Shown: one piece after another, positions 26,879 to 38,088 of the stretch
Layout: every line of letters begins with the position of its first letter
Numbering within the stretch: position 1 is the stretch's first letter
Assembly (NCBI GenBank): GCA_023248395.1
Contig: JAHFEQ010000003.1
Span: 1 to 51,571, forward strand
Length of the DNA stretch: 51,571 nucleotides
Direction of reading: 5' to 3'
Source of the DNA: Nitrospirota bacterium
Lineage (GTDB): Bacteria > Nitrospirota > 9FT-COMBO-42-15 > HDB-SIOI813
The notes under the pieces: generated by a model
What the model saw: only the letters and a program-made list of their open reading frames with translations
Databases searched by the model: none
Told to the model about the DNA's origin: nothing
Translations under genes and position numbers: made by a program

Positions 26879-28317
26879 ATATAAGGCTTGCCCAGAAACT
26901 TATCATGACCCCTCAACTGCAGCAGGCCATCAAACTCCTTCAACTCTCTAAACTAGAGTTACAACAAATTATAGACCAGACACTTTTAGAAAATCCTGTT
27001 CTTGAAGAGACCACGACAGACACACCGGAAGTAGAAGGAGATGATACATACAAGACATCACAGGTTTCTGAAGGGAATAGTTCTTCAGAAGAAAGCAGCT
27101 CGGACAGTGTTTCCCCTCTCGATGGAGTTAGTCTGAAATGGGAAGATTATTTCGACGAGGATAGGTTTGAAGGTAGAGAGTTAGGCTATTTTAAGGAAAA
27201 CGAAGAGGAGACTCAGACCTATGAACAGATCTCATCCAGACCTTCATCCCTTTATGATCATCTGCTATGGCAACTTAATCTTGCAACGTCTGATCGGCAA
27301 ATTAGAGAGGTAGGTGAAGTTATAATCGGCAATATCGACGAGAATGGCTATCTTCAGGTGACTGTAGAAGAGATAGAAACCCTGTGCGGAGTACCAAAAG
27401 AGAAGGTCTTCGATGTGTTAAAGTTTATCCAAGGGTTTGATCCCCCTGGAGTAGCTTCAAGGGATCTAAGGGAGTGCCTGCTGATTCAGATTGCACAAAT
27501 AGGATTTCAGGGGACTATTGTTGAAACAATTATTGCTGAACATCTTGGCGATTTCGAGAAAAAGAGGTTTCCTGTTCTCGCACGTAAGCTTGGGATTACT
27601 CTGGAAGACTTATCGCATGCCATTAGAGTGATAGAAAGATTTGAGCCAAAGCCTGGAAGATCATTCTATTCTTCTGATAATGCCTATATAGTACCGGATG
27701 TGTTTGTTATAAAACATGAGGGTGAATATCTGGTTCTATTGAACGAGGATGGATTGCCAAGACTCCGGATAAATCCAATCTATAGAAAAATGCTGAAAGG
27801 GAGCAGTGGACTTGGTGAAGATGAGCGGGGTTACCTGGAGGATAAGTTCCGTTCTGCTATCTGGATGATAAGGAGTATAGAGCAGCGAAACAGGACTATA
27901 TACAAGGTAGCTCAGAGTATTGTAAAATTCCAGGAGGATTTTTTTGAGAAAGGGGTTGGTTATTTAAAACCCCTTACCTTGAGGGAAATTGCAGATGATA
28001 TCACGATGCATGAGTCTACAGTAAGCCGGGTAACACATAATAAATATATGTGTACCCCTCAGGGCATTTTTGAGCTAAAATACTTTTTTAGCAGTGGTCT
28101 TGCAACGGCAGGTGGGGATAGCTGTTCTTCAAGAAGTGTCAGAGATATGATTTTAAGGCTTATTGCTGAAGAAAATTCCAACAGGCCTTACAGTGATCAA
28201 CAGATTATGGAGTTTTTAAAGGAACGCCAGATAGAGATCGCAAGGAGAACGGTTGCCAAGTATAGAAAAGAGTTAAAGATCCCTTCTGCAAGTAGGCGGA
28301 AAAAGCTAATAATATGA
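26863..28317 (+). CDS. rpoN: RNA polymerase sigma-54 factor
   Basis: Region I LIMTPQLQQAIKLLQLS. C-terminal HTH and RpoN box (ARRTVAKYR). Confidence 0.95.
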   Translation: MDTKLDIRLAQKLIMTPQLQQAIKLLQLSKLELQQIIDQTLLENPVLEETTTDTPEVEGDDTYKTSQVSEGNSSSEESSSDSVSPLDGVSLKWEDYFDEDRFEGRELGYFKENEEETQTYEQISSRPSSLYDHLLWQLNLATSDRQIREVGEVIIGNIDENGYLQVTVEEIETLCGVPKEKVFDVLKFIQGFDPPGVASRDLRECLLIQIAQIGFQGTIVETIIAEHLGDFEKKRFPVLARKLGITLEDLSHAIRVIERFEPKPGRSFYSSDNAYIVPDVFVIKHEGEYLVLLNEDGLPRLRINPIYRKMLKGSSGLGEDERGYLEDKFRSAIWMIRSIEQRNRTIYKVAQSIVKFQEDFFEKGVGYLKPLTLREIADDITMHESTVSRVTHNKYMCTPQGIFELKYFFSSGLATAGGDSCSSRSVRDMILRLIAEENSNRPYSDQQIMEFLKERQIEIARRTVAKYRKELKIPSASRRKKLII

Positions 28318-29192
28318 GATTTGAAAACCTCCGCGTAGTAGTGATAAGCGGTCTTTCAGGAGCAGGAAAAAGCAATGCTCTTAATTGCTTCGAGGATTTA
28401 GGTTTTTTCTGTATCGATAATCTTCCCCCGCAGCTTCTTCCCAAATTGATAGAATTATGTACCCAGGCAGGCAGCGAAATCAACAAAATAGCATTAGGTG
28501 TGGATATACGTGAGAGAGGGTTTCTGAGTGATTTTGAAGCTGTATTAACTGCACTAATAAAGAATGGTTATCCCATAGATATTGCCTATCTTGATGCTCG
28601 GGATGAGGTACTGGTAAGGCGCTTTAGTGAGACGAGGAGACCCCACCCACTGGCGAAGGATAGGTCAGTAATTGAAGGAATTAATCTGGAACGCGAAAGG
28701 TTAAAGTGGCTGCGTGAGAAAGCTACTCTGATTATAGATACTTCGGACTTCAATATTCATCAACTCAAAGATGAACTCTCCAGGCATTTCTTAGAAAGAG
28801 AGAAAGATAAAAAGATAGTTATTAATATAATATCCTTTGGTTTTAAGTATGGGGTACCTTATGATATAGACATACTATTTGATATAAGATTTCTGCCAAA
28901 TCCCAACTTTGTTTCACATCTCAAATCCATGACAGGAAGGGATAGAGACGTATCGGATTATTTGTTATCGAGCCCTCAGACCAAGCTGTTCTTAGAAAAG
29001 TTCTTTCAGTTTGTAGACTTCCTCATGTCGCAATATGAGCGTGAAGGTAGATACTATCTTAATATTGGGATGGGATGCACGGGGGGAAGACACAGGTCAG
29101 TTTTTATAGCCGAAACCCTTGAGCGACATATGAGAGATATGGGTTTTGCGACGACATTACGACACCGAGATATTGAGAGAGAAAAGCCATAG
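28314..29192 (+). CDS. rapZ: RNase adapter / nucleotide-binding protein RapZ
   Basis: Walker A GLSGAGKS, FCIDNLP, C-terminal GCTGGRHRSV. Overlaps the rpoN stop by 4 nt. Confidence 0.9.
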   Translation: MRFENLRVVVISGLSGAGKSNALNCFEDLGFFCIDNLPPQLLPKLIELCTQAGSEINKIALGVDIRERGFLSDFEAVLTALIKNGYPIDIAYLDARDEVLVRRFSETRRPHPLAKDRSVIEGINLERERLKWLREKATLIIDTSDFNIHQLKDELSRHFLEREKDKKIVINIISFGFKYGVPYDIDILFDIRFLPNPNFVSHLKSMTGRDRDVSDYLLSSPQTKLFLEKFFQFVDFLMSQYEREGRYYLNIGMGCTGGRHRSVFIAETLERHMRDMGFATTLRHRDIEREKP

Positions 29193-29789
29193 ATGTCTAC
29201 GTACATCATTGCAATTACAGGTGCAAGTGGTGCCATTTACGGGATAAAACTGTTGGATTATATGGTGAGAAACGGATGTAAGGTCTATCTTACTATTACT
29301 AAAGAGGGGTGGTATATCTTAAAGGAAGAAGTGGGGTTTTTCTGGGAGGGAGGGGAGGATGAGATTAATGATGCTATTTGTAAATATTATGGGGTCTCAG
29401 TAGAGAGTCTTCGCTATTATAAGGAGGACAATCTTACAGCAGCAATAGCCAGTGGGTCTGTACCTACAGAGGGGATGATTATAGTTCCATGTTCAATGAA
29501 AACAGTAGCTTCTATTGCCTGTGGTTTCACTTCTAATCTTGTCTCACGTGCTGCCGATGTTATATTAAAGGAGAAGAGGCGTTTGATTATAGTACCACGT
29601 GAGGCTCCTTTAAACAGTATACATCTTCGTAATCTTCTTACCCTTTCAGAGATGGGGGTTCACGTTATTCCTGCAATGCCAGCATTCTATAACAAGCCAG
29701 AGAGAATAGCAGATATGGTAGACTTTATTGTTGGCCGTATACTGGATGGTCTATATATAGAAAATACTTTATATAAAAGATGGGTCTAA
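29193..29789 (+). CDS. ubiX: Flavin prenyltransferase UbiX
   Basis: Motifs IAITGASGAIYGIKLL, VPCSMKT and PREAPL. Confidence 0.88.
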   Translation: MSTYIIAITGASGAIYGIKLLDYMVRNGCKVYLTITKEGWYILKEEVGFFWEGGEDEINDAICKYYGVSVESLRYYKEDNLTAAIASGSVPTEGMIIVPCSMKTVASIACGFTSNLVSRAADVILKEKRRLIIVPREAPLNSIHLRNLLTLSEMGVHVIPAMPAFYNKPERIADMVDFIVGRILDGLYIENTLYKRWV

Positions 29790-29804
29790 AGCAGTATAAA
29801 AGGC

Positions 29805-29833
29805 TTGACTCTAGTTACTCTATTAAGTATATT
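29805..29833 (+). promoter_or_regulatory. Strong sigma-70-type promoter candidate (TTGACT-17-TATATT) upstream of the mini-MerR/pil cluster
   Basis: Hexamers at 29805-29810 and 29828-29833 with a 17-nt spacer, 27 nt upstream of ATG 29860. Confidence 0.5.
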
Positions 29834-29859
29834 TACTATACCAATCTGAACCCGGTTAT

Positions 29860-30051
29860 ATGAAGGGTAATAAGAAATACTATACAAAAGATATATGTAA
29901 TATCTTTGACATCTCTAAGGCTACTCTTTTCAGGTGGGAAAGTGATGGGCTCATTTCTAATGTCAGTAGAGATTGGCGTAATTGGCGTATATATAGCGAT
30001 GAGAACATTGCGGAAATAAAAAAGATAATGCGGTCCAAGGAGAAGAGATAA
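29860..30051 (+). CDS. Small MerR-superfamily HTH protein (DNA-binding domain only, 63 aa)
   Basis: YYTKDICNIFDISKATLFRWESDGLI...WRIYSDENIAEIKKI matches the MerR N-terminal winged HTH. There is no coiled-coil or effector domain. Confidence 0.65.
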   Translation: MKGNKKYYTKDICNIFDISKATLFRWESDGLISNVSRDWRNWRIYSDENIAEIKKIMRSKEKR

Positions 30052-30056
30052 AGATC

Positions 30057-31118
30057 ATGGTGTTTCGTAAAAAGAGTAAAATAATAGGAATTGATATAGG
30101 CTCAAGTTCGATAAAGGTTATACAGTTATCTGATAATAATGGGGGATATACCTTATCCAGGTTTGGTATGGCCCCACTTGCTCCGGAAATGATTGTAGAT
30201 GGAACAATTATGGACTCTGTTCGATGTGTGGAGACTCTACAAAATCTTTTAAAAGACCAGTCTATTTCCACAAAAGATGCAGTTATTTCTTTATCTGGAC
30301 ATTCGGTTATTGTTAAAAGGGTCAGCCTCCCTCAGATGACAGAGGATGAACTGGCTGAATCTATTAAATGGGAGGCAGAGCAGTATATTCCATTCGACAT
30401 AAATGATGTTAATACGGATTTTCAGATACTGAATACCTTTGTTGACCCTGATGGAAAACCACAGATGAATGTTTTATTAGCCGTAGTGAAAAAAGATAAA
30501 ATTACAGAATACACCTCTCTTGTTATTGAGGCAGGTCTTAGACCCGTTATCGTTGATATTGATTCTTTTGCACTCGAAAATATGTATGGGATTAATTACG
30601 AGGTGAAAGAGGGTGAGACGGTAGCATTAATAAATATTGGTGCGAGCCTTACCAACATTAATATTCTTCAGAAAGGTATGTTTGCTTTTACACGGGATGT
30701 TTCTATTGGTGGTAATAAATATACAGAATCAATCCAGAAAGATTTAGGGCTATCTTATGAGAATGCAGAAAGGGCAAAGAAAGGGGAAAGTGTAGAAGGG
30801 GTTGATTCTTTTGCCTTAGATTCAGTTGTGGAAAGTGTCTCAGGAGAGATTGTAAATGAGATTACGAGATCATTTGGATACTTTAAGACTGCGTCAGGTA
30901 ACGAGAAGATAGATAAAATTATGTTAAGTGGTGGTTCATCAAAGATAAAGGGTATGGACAACTTCTTACAGCAACGTCTCGACCTACCTATTGAGATTGT
31001 TAACCCATTCCGGAAGATAGAGATACCGCCAGAGTTTGACAGTAATTACATCAGGGATATTGCTCCATTAACGGCGGTTGCGGTTGGGTTGGGAATAAGA
31101 AGGTTGAACGATAAATGA
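30057..31118 (+). CDS. pilM: Type IV pilus assembly protein PilM (actin-like ATPase fold)
   Basis: IGIDIGSSSIKVIQL plus position at the head of the pilMNOPQ order. Confidence 0.9.
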   Translation: MVFRKKSKIIGIDIGSSSIKVIQLSDNNGGYTLSRFGMAPLAPEMIVDGTIMDSVRCVETLQNLLKDQSISTKDAVISLSGHSVIVKRVSLPQMTEDELAESIKWEAEQYIPFDINDVNTDFQILNTFVDPDGKPQMNVLLAVVKKDKITEYTSLVIEAGLRPVIVDIDSFALENMYGINYEVKEGETVALINIGASLTNINILQKGMFAFTRDVSIGGNKYTESIQKDLGLSYENAERAKKGESVEGVDSFALDSVVESVSGEIVNEITRSFGYFKTASGNEKIDKIMLSGGSSKIKGMDNFLQQRLDLPIEIVNPFRKIEIPPEFDSNYIRDIAPLTAVAVGLGIRRLNDK

Positions 31119-31675
31119 TAAGAATAAACCTTTTGCCTACTAGAAAGGCTAAAAGAACCTTTACTATCAGGGTAGGGGTTAAACCTAATATATCACTTTT
31201 CATTGCTGCTACCTTAGTTATCTTCTTATTAGAGGGCTTTGCCTGGTACTGGCTTAACAGTACCCTATCCTCTCTTACAGAAGAAAAACAGGCTCTTGAC
31301 GCAAAACTTAAGGAGGTAAGAGAAAAAGTCAAAGAGGTAGAGAACTATGAGAAGGATAAAAAGATCTATGAAGAGAAAATAGCTATCATACAAAATTTAA
31401 AGAGAAACCAGAAGGGGCCTGTGCATGTACTATCTGAACTCAGCCGGATGTTACCCGAGAGGGTTTGGTTAGTATCCCTAAGAGAGACAGGGAAGGATAT
31501 AAGCATTATTGGATCAGGGATGACTAATGATGATATAGTTAGGTATGTGAATAACCTTAAGTCTTCAAAGCTTTTTAGAAATGTCCAACTCATAGAGTCA
31601 AGGCAGATAGTAGATTCCGGGATATCCATATACAGTTTTAGTTTAACTTTTAGCCTGAACTTTGATACGGTGTAG
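31115..31675 (+). CDS. pilN: Type IV pilus assembly protein PilN
   Basis: N-terminus IRINLLPTRK, single TM, coiled coil. 4-nt overlap with pilM. Confidence 0.85.
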   Translation: MIRINLLPTRKAKRTFTIRVGVKPNISLFIAATLVIFLLEGFAWYWLNSTLSSLTEEKQALDAKLKEVREKVKEVENYEKDKKIYEEKIAIIQNLKRNQKGPVHVLSELSRMLPERVWLVSLRETGKDISIIGSGMTNDDIVRYVNNLKSSKLFRNVQLIESRQIVDSGISIYSFSLTFSLNFDTV

Positions 31676-32290
31676 ATGATGAATCTTGGTTTTTTGGAAA
31701 ATATACCTCGTTCACAAAAGATTACTGTTGCGGCCTTACTGGTAATACTCGTAGTCGGCGGTTTTGGTTACCTGATATTTTTACCCCAGAAGGCTGTGAT
31801 AGATGCTCTAAAAAATAGTATTTATGAAATCAATCGCCAGATAAACAACGACGAAGTAAAGTTGAGAAGACTTGACCAACTTATAATTGAGAACAAACAA
31901 CTTCAGTTAGAGCTAGGTGAGCTCCAGGCACAACTTCCTGCAGAACAGGAGGTCTCCGGGTTACTAAAACAGATTTCCGATCTGAGCGTAGAATCAGGCT
32001 TAGAGGTTAAACTATGGAAACCTGGAGGAAGAAAGAATGATCTATCCGGGCTATATACAGAAATTCCTGTTGACGTGGAAGTCGCGGGTGGTTATCATGC
32101 ACTTGCTACATTCTTTGATCGTGTGAGCAAGCTCCCCAGGATTGTAAATATCACGAATCTAAGTATGGATAATACTAAGGTGGTTAGTGATAGTATTTTT
32201 ATCCAAAATAAATTTGTTGCCACAACATTTGCAGCGGCTAGTGAGAATGCCGAACCTCCTAAGGAGACCAAGGGGGTACAGAAAAAATAA
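31676..32290 (+). CDS. pilO: Type IV pilus assembly protein PilO
   Basis: Single TM followed by a coiled coil (LQLELGELQAQLP) and a ferredoxin-like C-terminal domain. Position in the cluster. Confidence 0.8.
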   Translation: MMNLGFLENIPRSQKITVAALLVILVVGGFGYLIFLPQKAVIDALKNSIYEINRQINNDEVKLRRLDQLIIENKQLQLELGELQAQLPAEQEVSGLLKQISDLSVESGLEVKLWKPGGRKNDLSGLYTEIPVDVEVAGGYHALATFFDRVSKLPRIVNITNLSMDNTKVVSDSIFIQNKFVATTFAAASENAEPPKETKGVQKK

Positions 32291-32880
32291 TGTCTCCCTG
32301 TCACATCGAAGAATTTCCGTGTCAAGTTACGGTGTTATTCAATGAGGTAAAATTGGTAGCGATACTTTTAGTGATGATCTTTCTGACAGTGAATGGATGC
32401 AAAGAACAGACAGAACAACCACTAAAGTCACTGATTAAGCCAAAAATAGACAAGACTAAGACCGTCAAACAACCCCCTCCGGATTTAACCTCAATACAGG
32501 CTGAGAGGTCAGTGCAGGAGACAGAGAATACCTATAGTTATATGAGTGAGGGTAGAAGAGACCCCTTTAAATCACTTCTTCTTGGCTTAAAAGAGAAAAA
32601 GTCGGGGGGACCTACGCCCCTTCAACAAATAGGTTTAGGAGAACTTAGGGTTATAGGAATTATGTGGGAAATGCAGGGTTATTTAGCCATGATAGAGACA
32701 CCTGATGGCAAAGGTTTTCTAATAAAGGAAGGGACACTTGTAGGTCCAGATGGAGGGGTTGTGCAGAGGATTACAGAAAATTCAATAATCGTAGAGGAAG
32801 TATATACAGATTATTATGGGAAGAAGCGGTCTAAAAACACAGTGTTGAGGCTTCATGCTAAGGAGGAGGGTGGTAGATGA
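32290..32880 (+). CDS. pilP: Type IV pilus assembly lipoprotein PilP
   Basis: Lipobox LTVNGC, C-terminal beta-rich domain, position between pilO and pilQ. The exact start is uncertain. Confidence 0.7.
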   Translation: MSPCHIEEFPCQVTVLFNEVKLVAILLVMIFLTVNGCKEQTEQPLKSLIKPKIDKTKTVKQPPPDLTSIQAERSVQETENTYSYMSEGRRDPFKSLLLGLKEKKSGGPTPLQQIGLGELRVIGIMWEMQGYLAMIETPDGKGFLIKEGTLVGPDGGVVQRITENSIIVEEVYTDYYGKKRSKNTVLRLHAKEEGGR

Positions 32881-35177
32881 AGATATTGAATTTTAGGTTA
32901 ATTATGTATCTTATATCTATTGTTGCAGCTACAGGCATGGTTGCATGTTCCCATAGAGTACAGCAGATGAGGGGTGATGACCTTGCGAAGCTGCCGTCTG
33001 GCCCCCGACTTACAAATATTGAAGTTCTTGATTTACCAAATGGTACGCAGATTTTAATAGCGGCTGATGATGCGTTGCGATACACATCTTTTAAACTTTC
33101 TGACCCGCCACGATTAGTTATTGATTTGTCTGATATTTCTGCGGGAGAATTTAAAGAACCTATTATAGTAAACAAAGGACCAGTCAGTGCAATATATCCT
33201 ATAGAAGCGGATACTCCTAACAAGGTCACACGTGTTGATATCAGACTTATTAAAGATTCAGTAGGGTATAGGATATACAGAAGAGATAATACTCTTGTTG
33301 TAGATTTCCCCAAAAAGAAAGAAGATAGGGGTCAGGAGAAAGTCACTGCCATTCCGAATGGTGTCCAGAAGAGCCAACAGGTCGAGACTAAAGGGGTAGA
33401 AATATCGGCGTTGAAAGTCACAGATCAGAAATCAGAGACTATGGAGACAGACACGGTAATGGAAGTAAAGCCAGCGGAGAAACAGGATGGCCTTAATATC
33501 ATAAGAGATATAAAAGTTATATTGTCTGGTGATAAAACGAATCTTGTTATCACTGCAGACAAGGATATTGATGCTGAGACTTTTACAGTTGAGGGGAACA
33601 AGATAGTCATTGATGTAAATAATGCTAAACTTTCAATCCCTAAAGAGGAAGTACCTGTAGAAAATAATAAAGTAATATCAAAGATAAGAATTGGGCGTCA
33701 CAAAACGCCAGTAAGAAAAGTCAGGATTGTTACTGACCTTAAAGAGCAAGTAACTTATGATGTTAGTAAGAAGGGAAAAATCTTTACTCTCAGTATGTTG
33801 TCTAAAATGGATGAAAAGTCTCCTGAGATGGCAGTCTCAGAGGCTAAAGAGATTGCTAATAGGGAGCCTATCAAAGAACCAGTGTCCGAACAACCTTCAG
33901 AGAAAGTAATGCCCTCACCTCCTGTAATCACTCCTTCTATCTCTCTTAAATATTTGGGGAAGAGGGTATCATTTGATTTTCAAGATGCGGACATCATAAA
34001 CGTACTTAGATTGTTAGCAGAGGTGAGTAAGTTAAATATGGTTATAGGGGATAATGTTGCAGGGAAGGTAACGATGAAGATGTTGGATGTACCTTGGGAT
34101 CAGGCCCTCGATGTGATTCTAAAGATGAAGGGGCTTGGTAAGGTATATGAAGACAATGTCTTGAGAATAGATACCCTTGCTAATATTGCGCAACAACAGG
34201 AAGAAGAGGCAAAGGCGAAGGAGGCTATGATCAAGGCTGAGGATTTGGTCACGAAGATATTACCTGTTAATTATGCCAAGGCAGGAGATATTGCAGAGTC
34301 TATAAAAAAGAGCCTTAGTGGACGGGGTGATATAACAGTAGATATCCGGACAAACACGTTAATCATAAAAGACATTAAAGATAAGCAAGAGGAGATTAAT
34401 AAACTCCTTCAAACACTTGACAGACCAACCCCCCAAGTATTGATTGAGGCGAGGATCGTTCAGGCTGATTCAAATTTTGCAAAAGACCTTGGTATACAGT
34501 GGGGAGGGAATTATTCTAATACTCCTGGCGATTATAATATCGGTATGATCACTGGACCAACTGGAACTGTTGGTGCTCCTACTACAGGATTTGCTGTAAA
34601 TCTTCCTGCAGCGGGTGTGGCGGGGACGAAGGGAAATGTAGGATTTACAATTGGCAAGACGGTGGGAGATGCCTTTAATCTTGACTTACGACTTTCGGCT
34701 GGGGAGACACAAGGTCTAACCAAGGTTTTATCGGCTCCCAAGATTGCGACTCTGGATAACAGAGAAGCTACCATACAACAGGGCGAGTCAATACCCTATA
34801 AAACTGTATCGCAGACAGGGACGAAGACGGAGTTTATTGATGCGACCCTTACACTCAAAGTAACACCGAAGGTTACTCCTGATGGTCATATTGCTATGAA
34901 CATCAAGATATCTAAGAATCGTCAGGGCTCAATAGTAGTCGAAGGCACCCCCAGCATTAACAAAAAAGAGGCGACAACAGAGGTACTAGTAAAGGATGGA
35001 GAGACTACAGTTATTGGTGGTATCTATGAGATTACGGATGTAGATAATGTCAGCGGAGTCCCCTGGTTTTATCAAGTGCCTGTATTGGGTTGGTTGTTTA
35101 AAAGTACACAGAAGTCAAATATCAAGAGTGAACTCTTGATATTTATCACGCCTAAGATTATTCCTGTTACCACCTGA
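32877..35177 (+). CDS. pilQ: Type IV pilus secretin PilQ with two AMIN-like N-terminal domains
   Basis: 766 aa. Signal ([10 protein letters not shown]). Two AMIN-like segments (RLVIDL..., KVRIVTDL). Secretin C-terminus ([20 protein letters not shown]; [18 protein letters not shown]). Confidence 0.9.
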   Translation: MKILNFRLIMYLISIVAATGMVACSHRVQQMRGDDLAKLPSGPRLTNIEVLDLPNGTQILIAADDALRYTSFKLSDPPRLVIDLSDISAGEFKEPIIVNKGPVSAIYPIEADTPNKVTRVDIRLIKDSVGYRIYRRDNTLVVDFPKKKEDRGQEKVTAIPNGVQKSQQVETKGVEISALKVTDQKSETMETDTVMEVKPAEKQDGLNIIRDIKVILSGDKTNLVITADKDIDAETFTVEGNKIVIDVNNAKLSIPKEEVPVENNKVISKIRIGRHKTPVRKVRIVTDLKEQVTYDVSKKGKIFTLSMLSKMDEKSPEMAVSEAKEIANREPIKEPVSEQPSEKVMPSPPVITPSISLKYLGKRVSFDFQDADIINVLRLLAEVSKLNMVIGDNVAGKVTMKMLDVPWDQALDVILKMKGLGKVYEDNVLRIDTLANIAQQQEEEAKAKEAMIKAEDLVTKILPVNYAKAGDIAESIKKSLSGRGDITVDIRTNTLIIKDIKDKQEEINKLLQTLDRPTPQVLIEARIVQADSNFAKDLGIQWGGNYSNTPGDYNIGMITGPTGTVGAPTTGFAVNLPAAGVAGTKGNVGFTIGKTVGDAFNLDLRLSAGETQGLTKVLSAPKIATLDNREATIQQGESIPYKTVSQTGTKTEFIDATLTLKVTPKVTPDGHIAMNIKISKNRQGSIVVEGTPSINKKEATTEVLVKDGETTVIGGIYEITDVDNVSGVPWFYQVPVLGWLFKSTQKSNIKSELLIFITPKIIPVTT

Positions 35178-35184
35178 GGAATCT

Positions 35185-36348
35185 ATGCTTCGCTTCCTTA
35201 CTGCGGGGGAGTCACACGGACAACTCCTTATGGGGGTTATTGAAGGTATTCCTGCCGGTTTAGAGCTTACGAGTAGTGATATAAACCTTGAACTATCCCG
35301 ACGGCAGATAGGCTATGGCCGGGGTGGCAGAATGCGGATCGAAAAGGATTCTGTCGAGATTACCTGCGGCGTGAGATGGGGTAAGACCCTGGGATCTCCT
35401 GTAGGTCTCCTGATAAGAAATAGGGATTGGGTAAACTGGTCAGATAGGATGTCCCCTGAACCATCCTTTGAAGGTTGTGTCCCACCTGAGACAAAACCGA
35501 GGCCGGGCCATGCAGACCTTACCGGTATAATCAAATATTCCCACGGTGATATAAGAAATGTACTTGAGAGGGCCAGTGCCCGGGAGACGGCAATGCGAGT
35601 TGCTATTGGCGCAGTGGCAAAAAAATTCATAGGGATTTTTAATATAAAGATAGTAAGTCATGTTACAGAGATAGGCGGGGTTAAGGGGACGTTGCGCAAC
35701 ATCTCTCTCGATTCTATTATGGAGCAGACAGAAAGGTCTGAGCTTAGATGCGTGGATAAAAAGGCTGAGATCAGGATGAAGACCAGAATAAAGGAGGCCA
35801 AGGAAAAAGGGGATACAGTAGGGGGCGTTTTTGAGATAATCGTAACAAATGTCCCTCCTGGGTTGGGGAGTTACTCTCAGTGGGACAGGAGGATGAATGC
35901 CCGGATTGCCTATGCCGTTATGAGTATACAGGCGATAAAGGGTGTGGAGATTGGTGAAGGTTTTGAAGCTGCAAGAAAACTTGGTTCAGGGGTACATGAT
36001 GCCATTTATTATGATGAGGAGAAACAAAGTTTTTATAGAAAGACAAATAGGGCCGGCGGCATAGAAGGCGGTATAACGAATGGTGAGAATATAATAGTTC
36101 GTGCAGCAATGAAGCCTATTGCAACCTTATACTCGCCTTTAGATTCAGTCGATATTGGTACTAAGGAGCCCTTTAAGGCATCTGTTGAACGGTCAGATAT
36201 CTGTGCAGTTCCTGCAGCAAGTGTGGTGGGTGAGGCGATGGTAGCAACTGAGATTGCTAATGCGATATTAGAGAAATTCGGTGGTGATTCTATAGAGGAA
36301 ATAGAGAGAAATTACTTGGGGTATCTTGACTCTATTAAAAAAATTTAA
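35185..36348 (+). CDS. aroC: Chorismate synthase
   Basis: Motifs [26 protein letters not shown] and SARETA. Confidence 0.93.
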   Translation: MLRFLTAGESHGQLLMGVIEGIPAGLELTSSDINLELSRRQIGYGRGGRMRIEKDSVEITCGVRWGKTLGSPVGLLIRNRDWVNWSDRMSPEPSFEGCVPPETKPRPGHADLTGIIKYSHGDIRNVLERASARETAMRVAIGAVAKKFIGIFNIKIVSHVTEIGGVKGTLRNISLDSIMEQTERSELRCVDKKAEIRMKTRIKEAKEKGDTVGGVFEIIVTNVPPGLGSYSQWDRRMNARIAYAVMSIQAIKGVEIGEGFEAARKLGSGVHDAIYYDEEKQSFYRKTNRAGGIEGGITNGENIIVRAAMKPIATLYSPLDSVDIGTKEPFKASVERSDICAVPAASVVGEAMVATEIANAILEKFGGDSIEEIERNYLGYLDSIKKI

Positions 36349-36372
36349 ACAATGGTTTAAAAGTATTTTCAA

Positions 36373-36891
36373 ATGAAGAACATCGTGTTAATAGGCTTTA
36401 TGGGAAGCGGCAAGACAGAGGTGGGTCAAAGATTAGCTAAGAGGCTTGGATATGCATTTGTTGATACAGATAAGATTATTGAAGAGAGGATAGGGAAAGG
36501 TATCGCAGACGTATTTTGGGAATATGGAGAGAACTATTTCAGAAGACTTGAAGCAGGAGTTGTTAAAGAGCTATCAGATGCAAGAGGTCATGTGATATCC
36601 ACTGGCGGTGGAATAGTTCTAAACCGGGAAAATATTTTGAGTCTTAAGAAAGGTGGGTTAATGGTCTGGCTCAAAGCCTCACCAGAGACGATCTATGAAA
36701 GGGTAAGATCTGAGTCTCATCGGCCGCTACTGAATGTAGAAGATCCGCTTAATGAGATTAAACGTCTTTTGGATGCGCGTGAAAAACTGTATGCAGAGGC
36801 CAATCTGTCTGTTGATACTGACAGGCTTGATGTAGGGAAGATAGTGGATATTATAGTAGATGCCTGTGATAGGGTAGCAGGTAAGAAGTAA
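36373..36891 (+). CDS. aroK: Shikimate kinase
   Basis: P-loop GFMGSGKTEVG, DTD, GGGIV. The last codons (GKK-stop) lie in a heptamer array. Confidence 0.9.
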   Translation: MKNIVLIGFMGSGKTEVGQRLAKRLGYAFVDTDKIIEERIGKGIADVFWEYGENYFRRLEAGVVKELSDARGHVISTGGGIVLNRENILSLKKGGLMVWLKASPETIYERVRSESHRPLLNVEDPLNEIKRLLDAREKLYAEANLSVDTDRLDVGKIVDIIVDACDRVAGKK

Positions 36892-36908
36892 GAAGTAGGA
36901 AGTAAGAA
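36881..36908 (+). repeat. Purine-rich heptamer array GTAAGAA GTAAGAA GTAGGAA GTAAGAA
   Basis: Four tandem 7-mers. The aroK stop codon (36889-36891) lies inside the array. Confidence 0.75.
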
Positions 36909-36909
36909 A

Positions 36910-36950
36910 ATCCCCCCGTTTCCCCCTGATTAAAGGAGGGATGGGGGGAT
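36910..36950. repeat. G-rich palindromic element (family B) between aroK and aroB
   Basis: Outer stem atcccccc/ggggggat (36910-36917 / 36943-36950). Inner stem tccccc/ggaggg with 5 of 6 pairs. Loop tgattaaa. Same architecture as 10108-10160. Confidence 0.7.
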
Positions 36951-36973
36951 TGTTTATTTTTGCAGGAGGAATT

Positions 36974-38074
36974 ATGAAAAATGTTAGGGTGATGCTCGGT
37001 TCAAGAAGTTATGATATTTTCATAGGCTATAATATCCTGAATAACTTAAGTGATCGTCTATCTAACCTCTCTTTAGGGAAAAAGGTTGCTATTATTACAA
37101 ATCCCAAATTAACGAAGCTTTACGGTGGGGTTATCTATCGACAATTAAAAGGGGCAGGCTTTATCCCCACTGCCATCGAGATTCCTGCAGGGGAACGATA
37201 CAAAACCATCAAATCTGTTAGTAAAATATATGACATCTTGATTAAAGAGAGGTTTGAACGCAACTCTTCCATTATTGCCTTGGGTGGTGGAGTCATAGGT
37301 GATATTGCAGGATTTGTGGCCGCCACGTATCTGCGTGGAGTTCCATATATCCAGGTCCCGACATCATTAGTGGCACAGGTAGACAGTAGTGTTGGAGGCA
37401 AAACCGGTGTAAATCATCCCCTCGGAAAGAATCTGATAGGGGCATTCTACCAGCCTGTCCTTGTATGGATAGATGTAGAAGTATTAAGAACATTGCCACG
37501 TCGTGAGTTGATAGCAGGGATGGCTGAGGTCGTTAAATATGGTGTTATTGCAGACGACCGATTCTTTGATTTTCTTGAAGAGAATTATAAAAAGATACTT
37601 TCTCTCGATCAGGAGGTGTTAATTCATCTGGTAGTGAAGTCTTGTGAGATAAAGTCGATGGTTGTCAGCGCTGATGAGAGGGAGAAGGGGTTAAGGGCCA
37701 TCCTCAACTTCGGCCATACCATAGGGCATGCCATTGAGACCATTACAGACTATAAAATGTACAAACATGGCGAGGCTGTAGCCATGGGGATGGTATGTGC
37801 AGCGAGGCTTGCTTACACCATGGGAATATGTGATCAGGATGTATTTGAAAGGACAGAAAGATTGTGCAGACTTATTGGACTCAGGACCTCTATCCCCCGG
37901 CTCGAGTTTGCAACCCTGTGGGATATACTTCATAGAGATAAGAAGGTTATTGATGAGAAGGTGAGATTTATCCTGCCTGTAAGGCTGGGAGAGGTGAAAA
38001 TAATAGAAGATGTGGACAGGGAGATATTGCAAGAGTCTGTACAATCATGTTATAGTAACGACAATTTTGTTTAA
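36974..38074 (+). CDS. aroB: 3-dehydroquinate synthase
   Basis: [20 protein letters not shown] and [13 protein letters not shown]. The start is set at ATG 36974 (RBS aggagga). The ORF-track ATG 36941 lies inside the palindromic element. Confidence 0.92.
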   Translation: MKNVRVMLGSRSYDIFIGYNILNNLSDRLSNLSLGKKVAIITNPKLTKLYGGVIYRQLKGAGFIPTAIEIPAGERYKTIKSVSKIYDILIKERFERNSSIIALGGGVIGDIAGFVAATYLRGVPYIQVPTSLVAQVDSSVGGKTGVNHPLGKNLIGAFYQPVLVWIDVEVLRTLPRRELIAGMAEVVKYGVIADDRFFDFLEENYKKILSLDQEVLIHLVVKSCEIKSMVVSADEREKGLRAILNFGHTIGHAIETITDYKMYKHGEAVAMGMVCAARLAYTMGICDQDVFERTERLCRLIGLRTSIPRLEFATLWDILHRDKKVIDEKVRFILPVRLGEVKIIEDVDREILQESVQSCYSNDNFV

Positions 38075-38088
38075 ACTTCAGGAGACAG

